Shown here piece by piece: positions 9,582 to 18,238 of a DNA stretch of 64,000 nt. The first letter of the stretch is position 1; the number at the start of each line of letters is the position of its first letter. The stretch comes from Dinghuibacter sp. GTDB lineage: Bacteria > Bacteroidota > Bacteroidia > Chitinophagales > Chitinophagaceae. Location: the NCBI RefSeq assembly GCF_035492835.1, contig NZ_DATJIY010000160.1:34106-98105 (forward strand), read 5' to 3'. Both the position numbers and the translations under genes were made by a program. The notes under the pieces were generated by a model. It worked only from the letters and a program-made list of their open reading frames with translations. It ran no database searches and was not told where the DNA came from.

Positions 9582-11068
9582 GCGAAGAAACCGTGTATGT
9601 ACCAGGCGGCGTTTTTGTCATAATGTCCGGAGCGGAAAAGCCAATAGCGTTTCCCCTCCGTGTCTTCGACGGTGAAATAATCCCGGTGCTCGCCCTCTTC
9701 GATCCACCATTCCCGCTCGATGCGCTCCGGCCCGTCCGCGCGTTTGACCCGGTGGAGCGCCCCCTTGTACCGGAAGTTCATGGGCGGGTAGTCCGGGATG
9801 GGAGCGGTCACTTCCACCGGTTCGGGCCGGGGGAGCAGGTGCACCGGCCGCGGACGGTCGTCCCTCCAGGCCGTGGTGGCCTTTTCCTGGAGCGATCCGG
9901 CTTGTTTTATCGAACGCTCGGGCCAGTGGTGCTCGTCGGGCAGGTAGCGTTTTATGCTTTGTGTCCCGAGTTTTCCGGTGATTCGGTCGAGCATTTCGGC
10001 TAAACCTGTATCCAGGAGTCCAAACGATCCTTCCCACATCTTTTCCTGCAGGGGCGCCGCGTCTTCCACCGTGGGCGCCTCCAGCACAAACAATTCTATA
10101 CCCAGGGCGGGTTCGATCCTGGCTATATGATCCTCGAAGAGCCGGTAGAGGTGAGCGGTGTGGTGCGACGCGCGGGTGGTGCCGATACCGATGGTCTGTG
10201 TCCTGCCATCCACCCGGAAGGTGGTCAGGTGGGCGGTCCGCAAACCCTTTCCTTCAGTCCGGAGACGGGAGCACAAAGCCTCCAGCAAGCGCTCCAGTGC
10301 GATCCCGATCCCCGTGGCGGTGACGATCGGTTCCAGACAGGGGAGGCGTTCCTGGTAGGGAACGGGCCGCTCCACTGGTTGTAAGGTCTCGCGTTCCCGT
10401 CCAAAAGCCTGGTCCAGTCTTTTGAGCAACCCTTCCCCAAACCGCCGTCTGAGTGCCTGTCTGGGCATACGCGCAAACTGGCCGATGCTGGTCAGACCCA
10501 GCTTGTGGAGCTTGTCCAGCGTGGATGGCTCCAGCCGGAGCGCGGCCGGGGACAGGGAGAGCAAGGCCTCTGCGTTGTCTTCGATGACGGCTGTTGGTGG
10601 CCCGTACCGCGCGTGCGCCCAGGCTGCGCCCACCGTGTCCGCGATGGCGGCGCGTACATCATATCCCGCGCTCCTCATGCGCGTCATGATCGTTTTGAGG
10701 TATGGCGTTTCCCCACCCCAAAGGTGGGCGCAACCGCTGATGTCCAGGTGGAGGCCGTCGGGCGGGTCGACCGCAATGCACGGGGAATACCGGATGCACC
10801 AGAGGGCCAGCTCGTGTAATAGTTTTTCCGCACGGGCCGGTTCGTCATCCGCCACGTGCAGTCCATGGATGATCGCCCGGGCGTCGGCCGCGCCCATACC
10901 CGGGTAGATGCCTTGTTGTTCGGCTTTTGCATTGGCGGCGGTGATGACGACGCGACCGTGGTCCAGGACGGTCAGTATGATGGGGATGTCCCGTAGTTCG
11001 GGGTTACGGAGGACGTAGCTGTCCGTACGGAGGTGGCGGAACCATATGGAAAGGAAACGGGCGGCCAT
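9578..11068 (-). CDS. imuB: Y-family polymerase-like ImuB
   Basis: YSPCIAVDPPDGLHLDISGCAHLWGGE and C-terminal GPERIEREWW...RDYF motifs; start at 11068. Confidence 0.93.
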   Translation of the reverse strand: MAARFLSIWFRHLRTDSYVLRNPELRDIPIILTVLDHGRVVITAANAKAEQQGIYPGMGAADARAIIHGLHVADDEPARAEKLLHELALWCIRYSPCIAVDPPDGLHLDISGCAHLWGGETPYLKTIMTRMRSAGYDVRAAIADTVGAAWAHARYGPPTAVIEDNAEALLSLSPAALRLEPSTLDKLHKLGLTSIGQFARMPRQALRRRFGEGLLKRLDQAFGRERETLQPVERPVPYQERLPCLEPIVTATGIGIALERLLEALCSRLRTEGKGLRTAHLTTFRVDGRTQTIGIGTTRASHHTAHLYRLFEDHIARIEPALGIELFVLEAPTVEDAAPLQEKMWEGSFGLLDTGLAEMLDRITGKLGTQSIKRYLPDEHHWPERSIKQAGSLQEKATTAWRDDRPRPVHLLPRPEPVEVTAPIPDYPPMNFRYKGALHRVKRADGPERIEREWWIEEGEHRDYFTVEDTEGKRYWLFRSGHYDKNAAWYIHGFFA

Positions 11069-11069
11069 G

Positions 11070-11813
11070 TTATCCGGTTTGGACGATGCGTAGTGGCTCC
11101 CTTTCATTTTGGGCCTCATGCCGCTGCGCTTCGCGGAACCGGCCCTCCGCCCATTCCACCACCCAGGTCCCCGGTTTGCCGTTGCGGATCTTGAGGAGCT
11201 CGACCTGCCAGCGGGGGAACCCCACGCCCGGCATGTCGTCTTCCCACTGGCTGGCCAGGGGAGCGATCCTCCATCGGGTTACGCAGGCGACCGTGCCCAG
11301 CCGGCGCGGCTGGTGCCGTAGGAGAAAGCCGGTAACCCGGCTTTTCTCCACGGCCAGCTGAAGACGACGGGAAGTCGTAAAATCGATGTCCCGGACCTCA
11401 CCTACGACGGAGGCAAGTCCTTCGCAGGTCAAGGCTTCTTCCACGGCCCACAGTAGGTCGTGCTCGCTGGAGCAATCTATAAAGATTACCCGGTCCGGGG
11501 ATATGCCAAAGTTGGTCAAAGCAGGAGGGAATACCGTTCGCGCCGTACTGACCCAGATGCATATTCCCTCCGTGCGCATCAGGTGGCCCAGCAATCCGGC
11601 TACGAAACCATGGGCGGCCGCCATATCCTCGCGGGTCGAGCTGATAAACTCGTGTACCGCCCCGGTGGGGAATACCGCCTGGGGAAAAGCCGCCTCCAGG
11701 GCCGGGAGGCCGATATCCACCCTTTCCCCCCTGGAAGGAGGCTTGAACCCCTGCAAGGGAAGGATGTCCCTTTGCAGCTGCCGGATGATATCGCTGGTTG
11801 CCACATTGCTCAA
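11070..11813 (-). CDS. imuA: ImuA (RecA/SulA-like) protein
   Basis: GAVHEF, LWAVEEAL, SRRLQLAVE and TRWRIAP motifs; TTG start; directly upstream of imuB. Confidence 0.92.
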   Translation of the reverse strand: MSNVATSDIIRQLQRDILPLQGFKPPSRGERVDIGLPALEAAFPQAVFPTGAVHEFISSTREDMAAAHGFVAGLLGHLMRTEGICIWVSTARTVFPPALTNFGISPDRVIFIDCSSEHDLLWAVEEALTCEGLASVVGEVRDIDFTTSRRLQLAVEKSRVTGFLLRHQPRRLGTVACVTRWRIAPLASQWEDDMPGVGFPRWQVELLKIRNGKPGTWVVEWAEGRFREAQRHEAQNEREPLRIVQTG

Positions 11814-11824
11814 TTGTTTAGCGA

Positions 11825-11847
11825 AATTACTAAATTATTTAGTAATT
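11825..11847. promoter_or_regulatory. Putative SOS/repressor operator (CTAA-N5-TTAG core)
   Basis: Perfect 10-3-10 palindrome AATTACTAAA-TTA-TTTAGTAATT, 12 bp upstream of imuA; a second one-mismatch copy CTCA-ATTGT-TTAG at 11809-11821 covers the start codon. Confidence 0.75.
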
Positions 11848-11902
11848 CATCGGTTGTTTTTCCGCTAAAAAGTGTTGGCGTAATTCTCGCATTATTCTTT
11901 TC

Positions 11903-12172
11903 ATGACCCCGGAAATCCAGGCTAACCTCGATGCCCTATCCCTGGCAGAATTGAGAAAGTTATTGCTCACGGAAATCAACCGCTTCATACAAGCCGTCGA
12001 AGCCGGTGAGGATGCCGCTGAGCTAAAACGCCATACTGCGGAAATCTATGCCCTTCTGTTGGCCAGGGAAACCGCTCCCGTGGAAAAAGTTCCCCCTTCC
12101 GGTCCGATCCGGGCTGATTTTCCGGGCTGTCAATCGCTAACTACAGCAATTGTCAACAACGGCGTCCCATAA
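11903..12172 (+). CDS. Small hypothetical helical protein
   Basis: Amphipathic helical N-terminal ~60 aa, AT-rich upstream region, divergent from imuA. Confidence 0.5.
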   Translation: MTPEIQANLDALSLAELRKLLLTEINRFIQAVEAGEDAAELKRHTAEIYALLLARETAPVEKVPPSGPIRADFPGCQSLTTAIVNNGVP

Positions 12173-12913
12173 ACGTATCCTCGATTCGAGGGCTTCGCGC
12201 GCCGCTGTTTCCGCTTCCATCCATTTTTGGGGTTCGTCCCCGCATAATTCCTGTAACATTTGCAGCGCCAGGTGACTGTGATGTCCACCGTCGACTTCGA
12301 TGTGTCTTTCGAGGTAGTATTTGAATTTTTGGAGACCGCTGTCCTCCGGGAAGCTCCGCACGATCGGTAAGAACAGGTCGGGAATGAGGTCCTCCCTTCC
12401 AAAAGTAAACACCGCCGCCAGTACATGTGCTTTATCCAGACGTATGGTATCGAAGGTGAATTCCAGGAATTGCCGCACGGCAGCTTCCGTGGCGGCGATC
12501 GCTTCGCCGGGCGTCGCACCATTCCGTAATGATCCGACCAGTCCGCGGATAAGCGAGGTGTCCGCACCCGCCTGTTCCATGGCCCCCAGGTAAAGCTCGA
12601 AGTGACTGAGGCGCCGGCCCGTCTCATCGACGTCGCTTTCCTCCCCCAGCACGATCTCATTGATCAGGTAACGTACGTCGCCGTTATACACGGGTACCCA
12701 GGGCACCTCCACACAGGTCAGTGTCCTTTGCAGCGCCTTTAGCAGGGACATGAAGTCCCAGACCGCGTATACATGGTATTGCATGAATATGCGGAAATCC
12801 GCCGTCGTGCGGACCTTTGAATACAATGGATGGCTGGTTAGCCTGTTTCGGATGGGTTCCAGGGAAGCCTGGAGACGCGCTACGGCGTTCGGATGATGGT
12901 TCATGCGGCGCAA
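12137..12913 (-). CDS. DUF3050 family heme-oxygenase-like protein
   Basis: HVYAVWDFMSLLKALQ, INEIVLGEESD, SHFELY, FTFGREDLIP and YLERHIEVDGGHH motifs. Confidence 0.88.
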   Translation of the reverse strand: MRRMNHHPNAVARLQASLEPIRNRLTSHPLYSKVRTTADFRIFMQYHVYAVWDFMSLLKALQRTLTCVEVPWVPVYNGDVRYLINEIVLGEESDVDETGRRLSHFELYLGAMEQAGADTSLIRGLVGSLRNGATPGEAIAATEAAVRQFLEFTFDTIRLDKAHVLAAVFTFGREDLIPDLFLPIVRSFPEDSGLQKFKYYLERHIEVDGGHHSHLALQMLQELCGDEPQKWMEAETAAREALESRIRLWDAVVDNCCS

Positions 12914-12916
12914 AGG

Positions 12917-12946
12917 TAAAGCCCCGGAGCATACGCCGGGGCTTTA
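12917..12946 (-). terminator. Hairpin, probable terminator or processing stem after the isochorismatase gene
   Basis: 11-bp inverted repeat TAAAGCCCCGG/CCGGGGCTTTA with an 8-nt loop; weak U tract. Confidence 0.45.
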
Positions 12947-12952
12947 TACCTG

Positions 12953-13504
12953 CTATGCGGTCCATTCGGCCACGGTCAGCACGTCTGCCTGGCGGGGGAA
13001 TACCTTGGTCATAAGGATGTTGTGCACATCGGCGTCCGAGTCGGCGCAGCCGTCCGAAAGGACGGTGATGCCGTAATCCTTGTCGGCGGCTTCCCGGACG
13101 GTGGACAACACGACTCCGCTGGTAGCGATCCCCGTGAGCACGATGTGTCCAATGCCGTAAGCACGCAGGACGACCTCGAGGTCGCTACCGGTAAAGGCGC
13201 TGACCCGGCGTTTGACGCAGGTCACTTCGCCTTCCGCGGGCGCCACCGATTCGTCGATCGCCATGAATACCTCCGGCGGCGCGCTGGCGACCATGGGTTT
13301 GGCGGCCGTGAAGCCTTTGTTATTCGCGCTGATCTCCGGCGCGCCCTTTCGGAAACCGACGACCACGTAGACGACGGGTATGTCTTTGGCGCGGGCGTGG
13401 GCGATGGCAGCGGCAACGCTTTTGGTGACGGATGCGATTTCAGGAAACCGGCTGATGAACGCCGACTGCATGTCCATGACGAGAAGGGCTGTCTTTTGTT
13501 CCAT
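12953..13504 (-). CDS. Isochorismatase-family cysteine hydrolase
   Basis: ALLVMDMQ, KRRVSAFTGSDL, GIATSGVV...T.R.A.D motifs; the usual catalytic Cys position reads Gly-Val here. Confidence 0.88.
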   Translation of the reverse strand: MEQKTALLVMDMQSAFISRFPEIASVTKSVAAAIAHARAKDIPVVYVVVGFRKGAPEISANNKGFTAAKPMVASAPPEVFMAIDESVAPAEGEVTCVKRRVSAFTGSDLEVVLRAYGIGHIVLTGIATSGVVLSTVREAADKDYGITVLSDGCADSDADVHNILMTKVFPRQADVLTVAEWTA

Positions 13505-13538
13505 GTTCGTGTCGTTTTTTGTTGGGTATAATAATGTA

Positions 13539-14156
13539 TCAGGCTTTCAACCCGTGGATGACCAGGCGGGCCAGGGTCCTGGCCGCCGGTTCGATCCGGC
13601 CGTATGCTTCTTCGATGACGATTTCCCGCTTGAGCCCGTGGACGGTGCCCAGCAATACGAACACCAGCGATTCCAGCTCCTGCGCCGGGATGGCCCGTAG
13701 CTCGCCTTGCGCTATTCCCCCTTTGAGTATCTTTTTGAGCAAGGCGCCCTCCTGTGTAATGATCCGTGCGTGCGCTTCTTTTTTTAGCGGGGCGTACCGG
13801 GACATCTCGTCTGCGTTCATGCCGTCCTCGAGCGCTCCATAGAGCTCCCGTCGTTTGCGGATCAGGTGCAGCTTGGTTAAGCAAAAGGCGACGATTCTCG
13901 CTTCCGTCCCCGTGGCCCGGTCGACCGCCCGCGCGATTTCTTCGAGGATCCCCGTTATTTCCATGTCCACCACCGCCGCAAAAATCTCCTCCTTGCTCTT
14001 ATAATAATAGTACAAGGAGCTCCGCCCTTTGCCGATGGCCTTGGCCACGTCGTCAACGGTGACCCGTTGCAGCCCGTATTTTTGAAACAGCTGCTGTGCC
14101 GCCAGCAGGATTTGCTGCTGGATGGCGTCTTCCCTTATGACCGGATTGCTGGACAT
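13539..14156 (-). CDS. TetR/AcrR family regulator
   Basis: HTH TVDDVAKAIGKGRSSLYYYYKSKEEIF; start at 14156 with TACCTTTG -7 element at 14164-14171. Confidence 0.9.
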   Translation of the reverse strand: MSSNPVIREDAIQQQILLAAQQLFQKYGLQRVTVDDVAKAIGKGRSSLYYYYKSKEEIFAAVVDMEITGILEEIARAVDRATGTEARIVAFCLTKLHLIRKRRELYGALEDGMNADEMSRYAPLKKEAHARIITQEGALLKKILKGGIAQGELRAIPAQELESLVFVLLGTVHGLKREIVIEEAYGRIEPAARTLARLVIHGLKA

Positions 14157-14279
14157 GCCGGGGCAAAGGTATTGCTTTTCGACATATGGGCAAAAAGTGT
14201 TTAAAAGTCGGGTTTTGTCGAAAACCATGGAAGGATTACGAAAATATGGGTAGATTTAAAGGCGCCAAATCAGTATAGC

Positions 14280-15776
14280 ATGAAAACCGCTTTATTGCTC
14301 GCCCTCCTTACTACCGTCCGGCTGGGCGGAAACACGCCGCCTCCCCCAATCCCGCTGACCGGTAACGTCCCCCATCCCTATGTATCCCATTTTGAAAACG
14401 TGCTGGGCACCTCAATGGAGCTGAAGGTGACGGCCTCGACGGATAAGGCGTACAGCCAGGCCGAAAACGCCGTGCTCGCCGAGATCGCCCGGCTGAGCCA
14501 CATCCTTAGCGGGTACGACCCCGCCAGTGAATTCGGTCGCTGGGAGCAAACGTACAACCAGCCCATTCCGGTGTCCAGGGAGCTATTCGAGGTACTGGAC
14601 CTGTTCGACCGCTGGCGTCAGCGAACCGATGGCGCCCTGGACGCGTCGGCCGAAGTAGTGACGCAGGCCTGGAAGCGCGCGGCGGCGGCCGGAAGGCCAC
14701 CCACCGCCGCCGAGTTGTCGGCCGCGGTGGAAGAGGTCAGGCAGGTCCATTGGACGCTGGACCGCGACAAGCAAACCGCAACCCACCTGAGCCGGACCCC
14801 ATTGATGCTCAATTCTTTTGCAAAAAGTTATATCATCCGTCACGCCGCGATGGCCGCGTTGGCCAACCCGGACGTGCACGGTATTGTCGTAAACATCGGG
14901 GGGGACCTGGTCGTTGCCGGCGACGTCCATGAAACCGTGGACATCAGCGATCCCCGCGCGGACGCCGAAAACGACACGCCCATGGGCGTATTGACGGTCC
15001 ACGACCGCGCGGTCGCGACCAGCGGCAACTATCGCCGGGGTGAAATGATCGGCGGCCGCTGGTATTCGCACATCGTCGACCCCCGCACCGGCCAACCGGC
15101 GGACGACATCCTCAGCGCCACCGTCGTAGCGCCCGGCGCTACCGATGCCGGGGCGCTGGCCACCGCCTTCAACGTCATGAAGGTATCCGAAAGCGTCCGG
15201 CTGGCGGCGTCCATCCCCGGGGTGGACTACCTGATCATTACCCGTGACGGCCGCCGGGTCGAAAGCCCCGGGTGGAAGACGCTGGAGGTCAAAACCGCGC
15301 CGGCCGCGGCACCGGGCGACTTCGAAGTCCTGGTCAGCCTGGAGATCAACCTGCAAAAAGAGTCCTTTGTCAAAAGGCCCTATGTCGCGGTTTGGGTCGA
15401 AGATGAAAACCACGCCCCCGTCCGTACGATCAGCTTATGGCATGGCGCGGACCGGTATCTCCCCGAATTGAAATCGTGGTACCTGAAATACCATGGGCTC
15501 TACGCCGCGGACCAGCGCTTCAATGCCTCCCTGACCAGCGCCACGCGGTCGGCGGGCAAATACACCGTAAAATGGGATGGCAGGGACGACCAGGGAAATG
15601 TCGTAAAGCCCGGCAAGTATATCATCAAGATCGAGGCCGCCCGCGAGCACGGCACCTATCAGCTGATGCGCCAGGAAATAGCCTGTGACGATACGCCTAA
15701 AGAGATCAGCATCCCGGGCAACGTGGAAATCGCCACGGCGTCCCTCGACTACCGTAAAAAGACCAATGGCCAATAG
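14280..15776 (+). CDS. apbE: FAD:protein FMN transferase (ApbE) fused to a C-terminal DUF2271-type domain
   Basis: ApbE motifs (LGT, LSGYDPASE, VNIGGD, ATSGNYRR, YSHIVDPRTG, ALATAF) followed by RPYVAVWVED...W..L..WY...TSATRSAGKY...WDG.DD.G...EAAREHG. Confidence 0.88.
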   Translation: MKTALLLALLTTVRLGGNTPPPPIPLTGNVPHPYVSHFENVLGTSMELKVTASTDKAYSQAENAVLAEIARLSHILSGYDPASEFGRWEQTYNQPIPVSRELFEVLDLFDRWRQRTDGALDASAEVVTQAWKRAAAAGRPPTAAELSAAVEEVRQVHWTLDRDKQTATHLSRTPLMLNSFAKSYIIRHAAMAALANPDVHGIVVNIGGDLVVAGDVHETVDISDPRADAENDTPMGVLTVHDRAVATSGNYRRGEMIGGRWYSHIVDPRTGQPADDILSATVVAPGATDAGALATAFNVMKVSESVRLAASIPGVDYLIITRDGRRVESPGWKTLEVKTAPAAAPGDFEVLVSLEINLQKESFVKRPYVAVWVEDENHAPVRTISLWHGADRYLPELKSWYLKYHGLYAADQRFNASLTSATRSAGKYTVKWDGRDDQGNVVKPGKYIIKIEAAREHGTYQLMRQEIACDDTPKEISIPGNVEIATASLDYRKKTNGQ

Positions 15777-16365
15777 CTGGAACCGGAAGACCGCGATGCT
15801 CGTACGCTGGCTGCACATCTACCTGTCGATGGTCAGCTTCGCGCTCATTTTTTTCTTCGCCGTTACCGGCCTGACGCTGAATCATGCCGAACGGTTTACG
15901 GGAAAGGTAAGCACCGTGGAGGTTTCGGGCGCCCTCAACCCGGCCTGGGTGCGCGACCCGGACACCCTGAAGGTCGACAAGCTCTCGGTGGTGGAATACC
16001 TGAGGAAAACGCATGGCATCAGCGCCGCCCTGAGCGACTTCCGTATCGATGACGAACAGGTCGGGGTATCGTTTAAAGGTCCGGGGTTCGCGGCGGATGC
16101 GTTTGTGGACCGGGCCACGGGGAAGTACCAGCTGACAAAGACGAGCGCCGGCTTTATCGGCCTGATCAACGACCTGCACAAGGGGCGGGACACCGGTCAC
16201 GCCTGGTCGGTCTTTATCGACGTCGCCGCGGTGCTTTTGTCGGTGGTGTCGCTGACCGGCCTGCTGCTGTTGCTCTTTTTGAAAAAAAGAAGGGCCAGCG
16301 GTCTTTGGATCGCCGCCGCGGGTCTGGCGCTGGCGTTGCTGGTCTACCTGATTTGGATAAAATAA
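15766..16365 (+). CDS. PepSY-associated TM helix protein
   Basis: RWLHIYLSM...FFAVTGLTLNH and INDLHKGRDTG..W...D motifs; start overlaps the apbE 3' end. Confidence 0.85.
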   Translation: MANSWNRKTAMLVRWLHIYLSMVSFALIFFFAVTGLTLNHAERFTGKVSTVEVSGALNPAWVRDPDTLKVDKLSVVEYLRKTHGISAALSDFRIDDEQVGVSFKGPGFAADAFVDRATGKYQLTKTSAGFIGLINDLHKGRDTGHAWSVFIDVAAVLLSVVSLTGLLLLLFLKKRRASGLWIAAAGLALALLVYLIWIK

Positions 16366-16375
16366 ATGCCCAAGC

Positions 16376-17299
16376 ATGAAAAACATATGGATCATCGCCC
16401 TCCTCCTTTCGTGGACGGCAACCCGCGCACAGGACACGCCCGCGGTCCGCGCTCAGCTAAACGAAGCCCAGTGGAAGGCGGTATCGGGTTACTTCCAGTC
16501 GCCCAATAACGACCAGATGTACGTACAGTTTACGCCCCGGGAGGGTCTTCTGGAAGCGACGTTGCTGTGGAACAACCTCCGGCTGGCGTTACTGCCGGCT
16601 TCGGAAGTTTCCTTTGTCAGCCGCGACGAAGTGGAAGGAAGACACATACACGTTATTTTCCAACAGGACTCCAGCGGTGGCTTGAACGTCATGAAGCTCG
16701 AAAACCAGGTCTGGAAAAGAGCCCGGGAATACAAACCGGTGGTGCGGAAAGTCATGGATCATACCCCCCGACAGCTGGAGCCCTTTGTGGGCCTCTACCA
16801 GTACAGCAATGACGCCGGCCGGTTTATCCGGTTCTTCATAAAGGACAACTCGCTGATATTGCGACAGGGGTGGGATGACCGGGAGATTTCCTTTTCACCC
16901 GAGTCGGAGCTGTCGTTCTTCAGCCCGGAGTTGACCACGTTTTCGCTACGATTCGTCAAGGGCGATAACGGCGCCGTGACCCAGGCCATCGCCTTCGGAC
17001 GGGATATTTGGAACAAGGCGGAAAAGCCATCGCTCACGCCGGCTATATTGAAAACCTACGAAGGCCGTTTCCGTTCCAAGGACGACCCCGACAATGAGAT
17101 CCAGGTCATCGCCCGTGGTGACAGCCTCGTAGTCAAACAGCTTTGGGACGGAAAGGAAACGGGCGTTCAACCCTGGACGAACCTCTACTTTTACAACGAA
17201 GCCCAATCCTATCCCCTGCAGATCGTCAAAAATGACGAAGGCAAGATCATCCAGGCCATCCTGCTCCAGAATAACGTGTTCGACAGGGTGGGGGACTAA
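16376..17299 (+). CDS. Secreted protein with three tandem DUF3471-like beta domains
   Basis: Signal peptide, then three similar units (G.Y/F...W..........SE/TN..F); family assignment tentative. Confidence 0.65.
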   Translation: MKNIWIIALLLSWTATRAQDTPAVRAQLNEAQWKAVSGYFQSPNNDQMYVQFTPREGLLEATLLWNNLRLALLPASEVSFVSRDEVEGRHIHVIFQQDSSGGLNVMKLENQVWKRAREYKPVVRKVMDHTPRQLEPFVGLYQYSNDAGRFIRFFIKDNSLILRQGWDDREISFSPESELSFFSPELTTFSLRFVKGDNGAVTQAIAFGRDIWNKAEKPSLTPAILKTYEGRFRSKDDPDNEIQVIARGDSLVVKQLWDGKETGVQPWTNLYFYNEAQSYPLQIVKNDEGKIIQAILLQNNVFDRVGD

Positions 17300-17691
17300 G
17301 CGGCCGGAACCGCATTAAAAGGAGAGGCGGCGGTAATCCGCGCCTGCCGCCTCCGGTAAAATACATACGTCGCTACAAAGAGCGCGATCGGAAGGATCAT
17401 CAAATAACCGTTGTGGGACACCACGGTGAGCGAATAAGCCGCCGAGACCAGGTCGATCGCAAAGCCCGCAAACGCCCACTCCTTCAACCGGGGAAACCCC
17501 GGCACCAGCAGCGCGATAACCCCCAGGATTTTGGCCGCGCTCAACAGCCCGGCGAAATAGAGAGGATACCCGAGCGTCGTGAACACCTTCATCCCATCCG
17601 GCGTGGCTATCAGCCCGGACACACCCGAAAATGCCATCAGCAGGCAAAAGAGACCCATAAAGACCCAGTAGAGAATGTTTGTCGTTTTCAT
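17296..17691 (-). CDS. DoxX-like family membrane protein
   Basis: LGYPLYF...LSAAKILG...PRLKEWAFAGF motif; start at 17691. Confidence 0.88.
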   Translation of the reverse strand: MKTTNILYWVFMGLFCLLMAFSGVSGLIATPDGMKVFTTLGYPLYFAGLLSAAKILGVIALLVPGFPRLKEWAFAGFAIDLVSAAYSLTVVSHNGYLMILPIALFVATYVFYRRRQARITAASPFNAVPAA

Positions 17692-18117
17692 GATTGTTGG
17701 TTTTGCCAAACAAAGCTACTGTGCCTCGTCGTCGTTAGTGAAGTGTGTTTACGACTTTCGAAGGGGCTGATTACGACAAAATCAGGTCTTTAACGTTTTC
17801 TGTCCCCGCTGTTCCGCGGGCACGCCTTCGATGTGTACTCCTTTTGGCAGCATAGTTATTTTTTTGAGCGGATTTTTGAGCGGAAGAAAATACCCATGAC
17901 CAACGATAAGATAAGCCCCGCGCCCGCCTGGCCCACGAGGGCCTGCATCATCCGGGCGTAAGCCTCCCGGGAGGAGCGCGATGGCGATAACCCGACTTGA
18001 TAATTTTCGCATCCGTTAAAGTACTGAATTTTTGAGCAAAGGTGTTAATACCCTTTTGGGTATTGGAGGGCCGTCTTATCTTTTTCGCTGAGGGTTTTTT
18101 TTGGATTTTGGACCCGG

Positions 18118-18149
18118 GGCGGTGTTCGGAAGGGCGCCGCCTTTTTGTT
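18118..18149 (+). terminator. Probable intrinsic terminator
   Basis: GGCGGTG/CGCCGCC stem followed by TTTTTGTTT. Confidence 0.55.
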
Positions 18150-18238
18150 TATATTGGACACATGAGGTGCTCCCCGTCGGATTGGGATTTCCCTGCTGAG
18201 CGCCTTGATCCTTAAGCGAAAAGGCGTACATTCATGAC

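Noticed and set aside
14176-14224. TTTTCGACA/TGTCGAAAA inverted repeat upstream of tetR
   Set aside because: A 31-bp spacer is long for one TetR operator; it may be two half-sites, but support is too weak to call
18163-18226. Superficial TPP-riboswitch resemblance (GGTGCT...GCTGAG...CTTGATC...GCG..AAGG)
   Set aside because: Lacks the CUGAGA, ACCC and GAACCUGAU core and the P4/P5 pairing; the downstream gene is unrelated to thiamine; an Rfam scan would settle it
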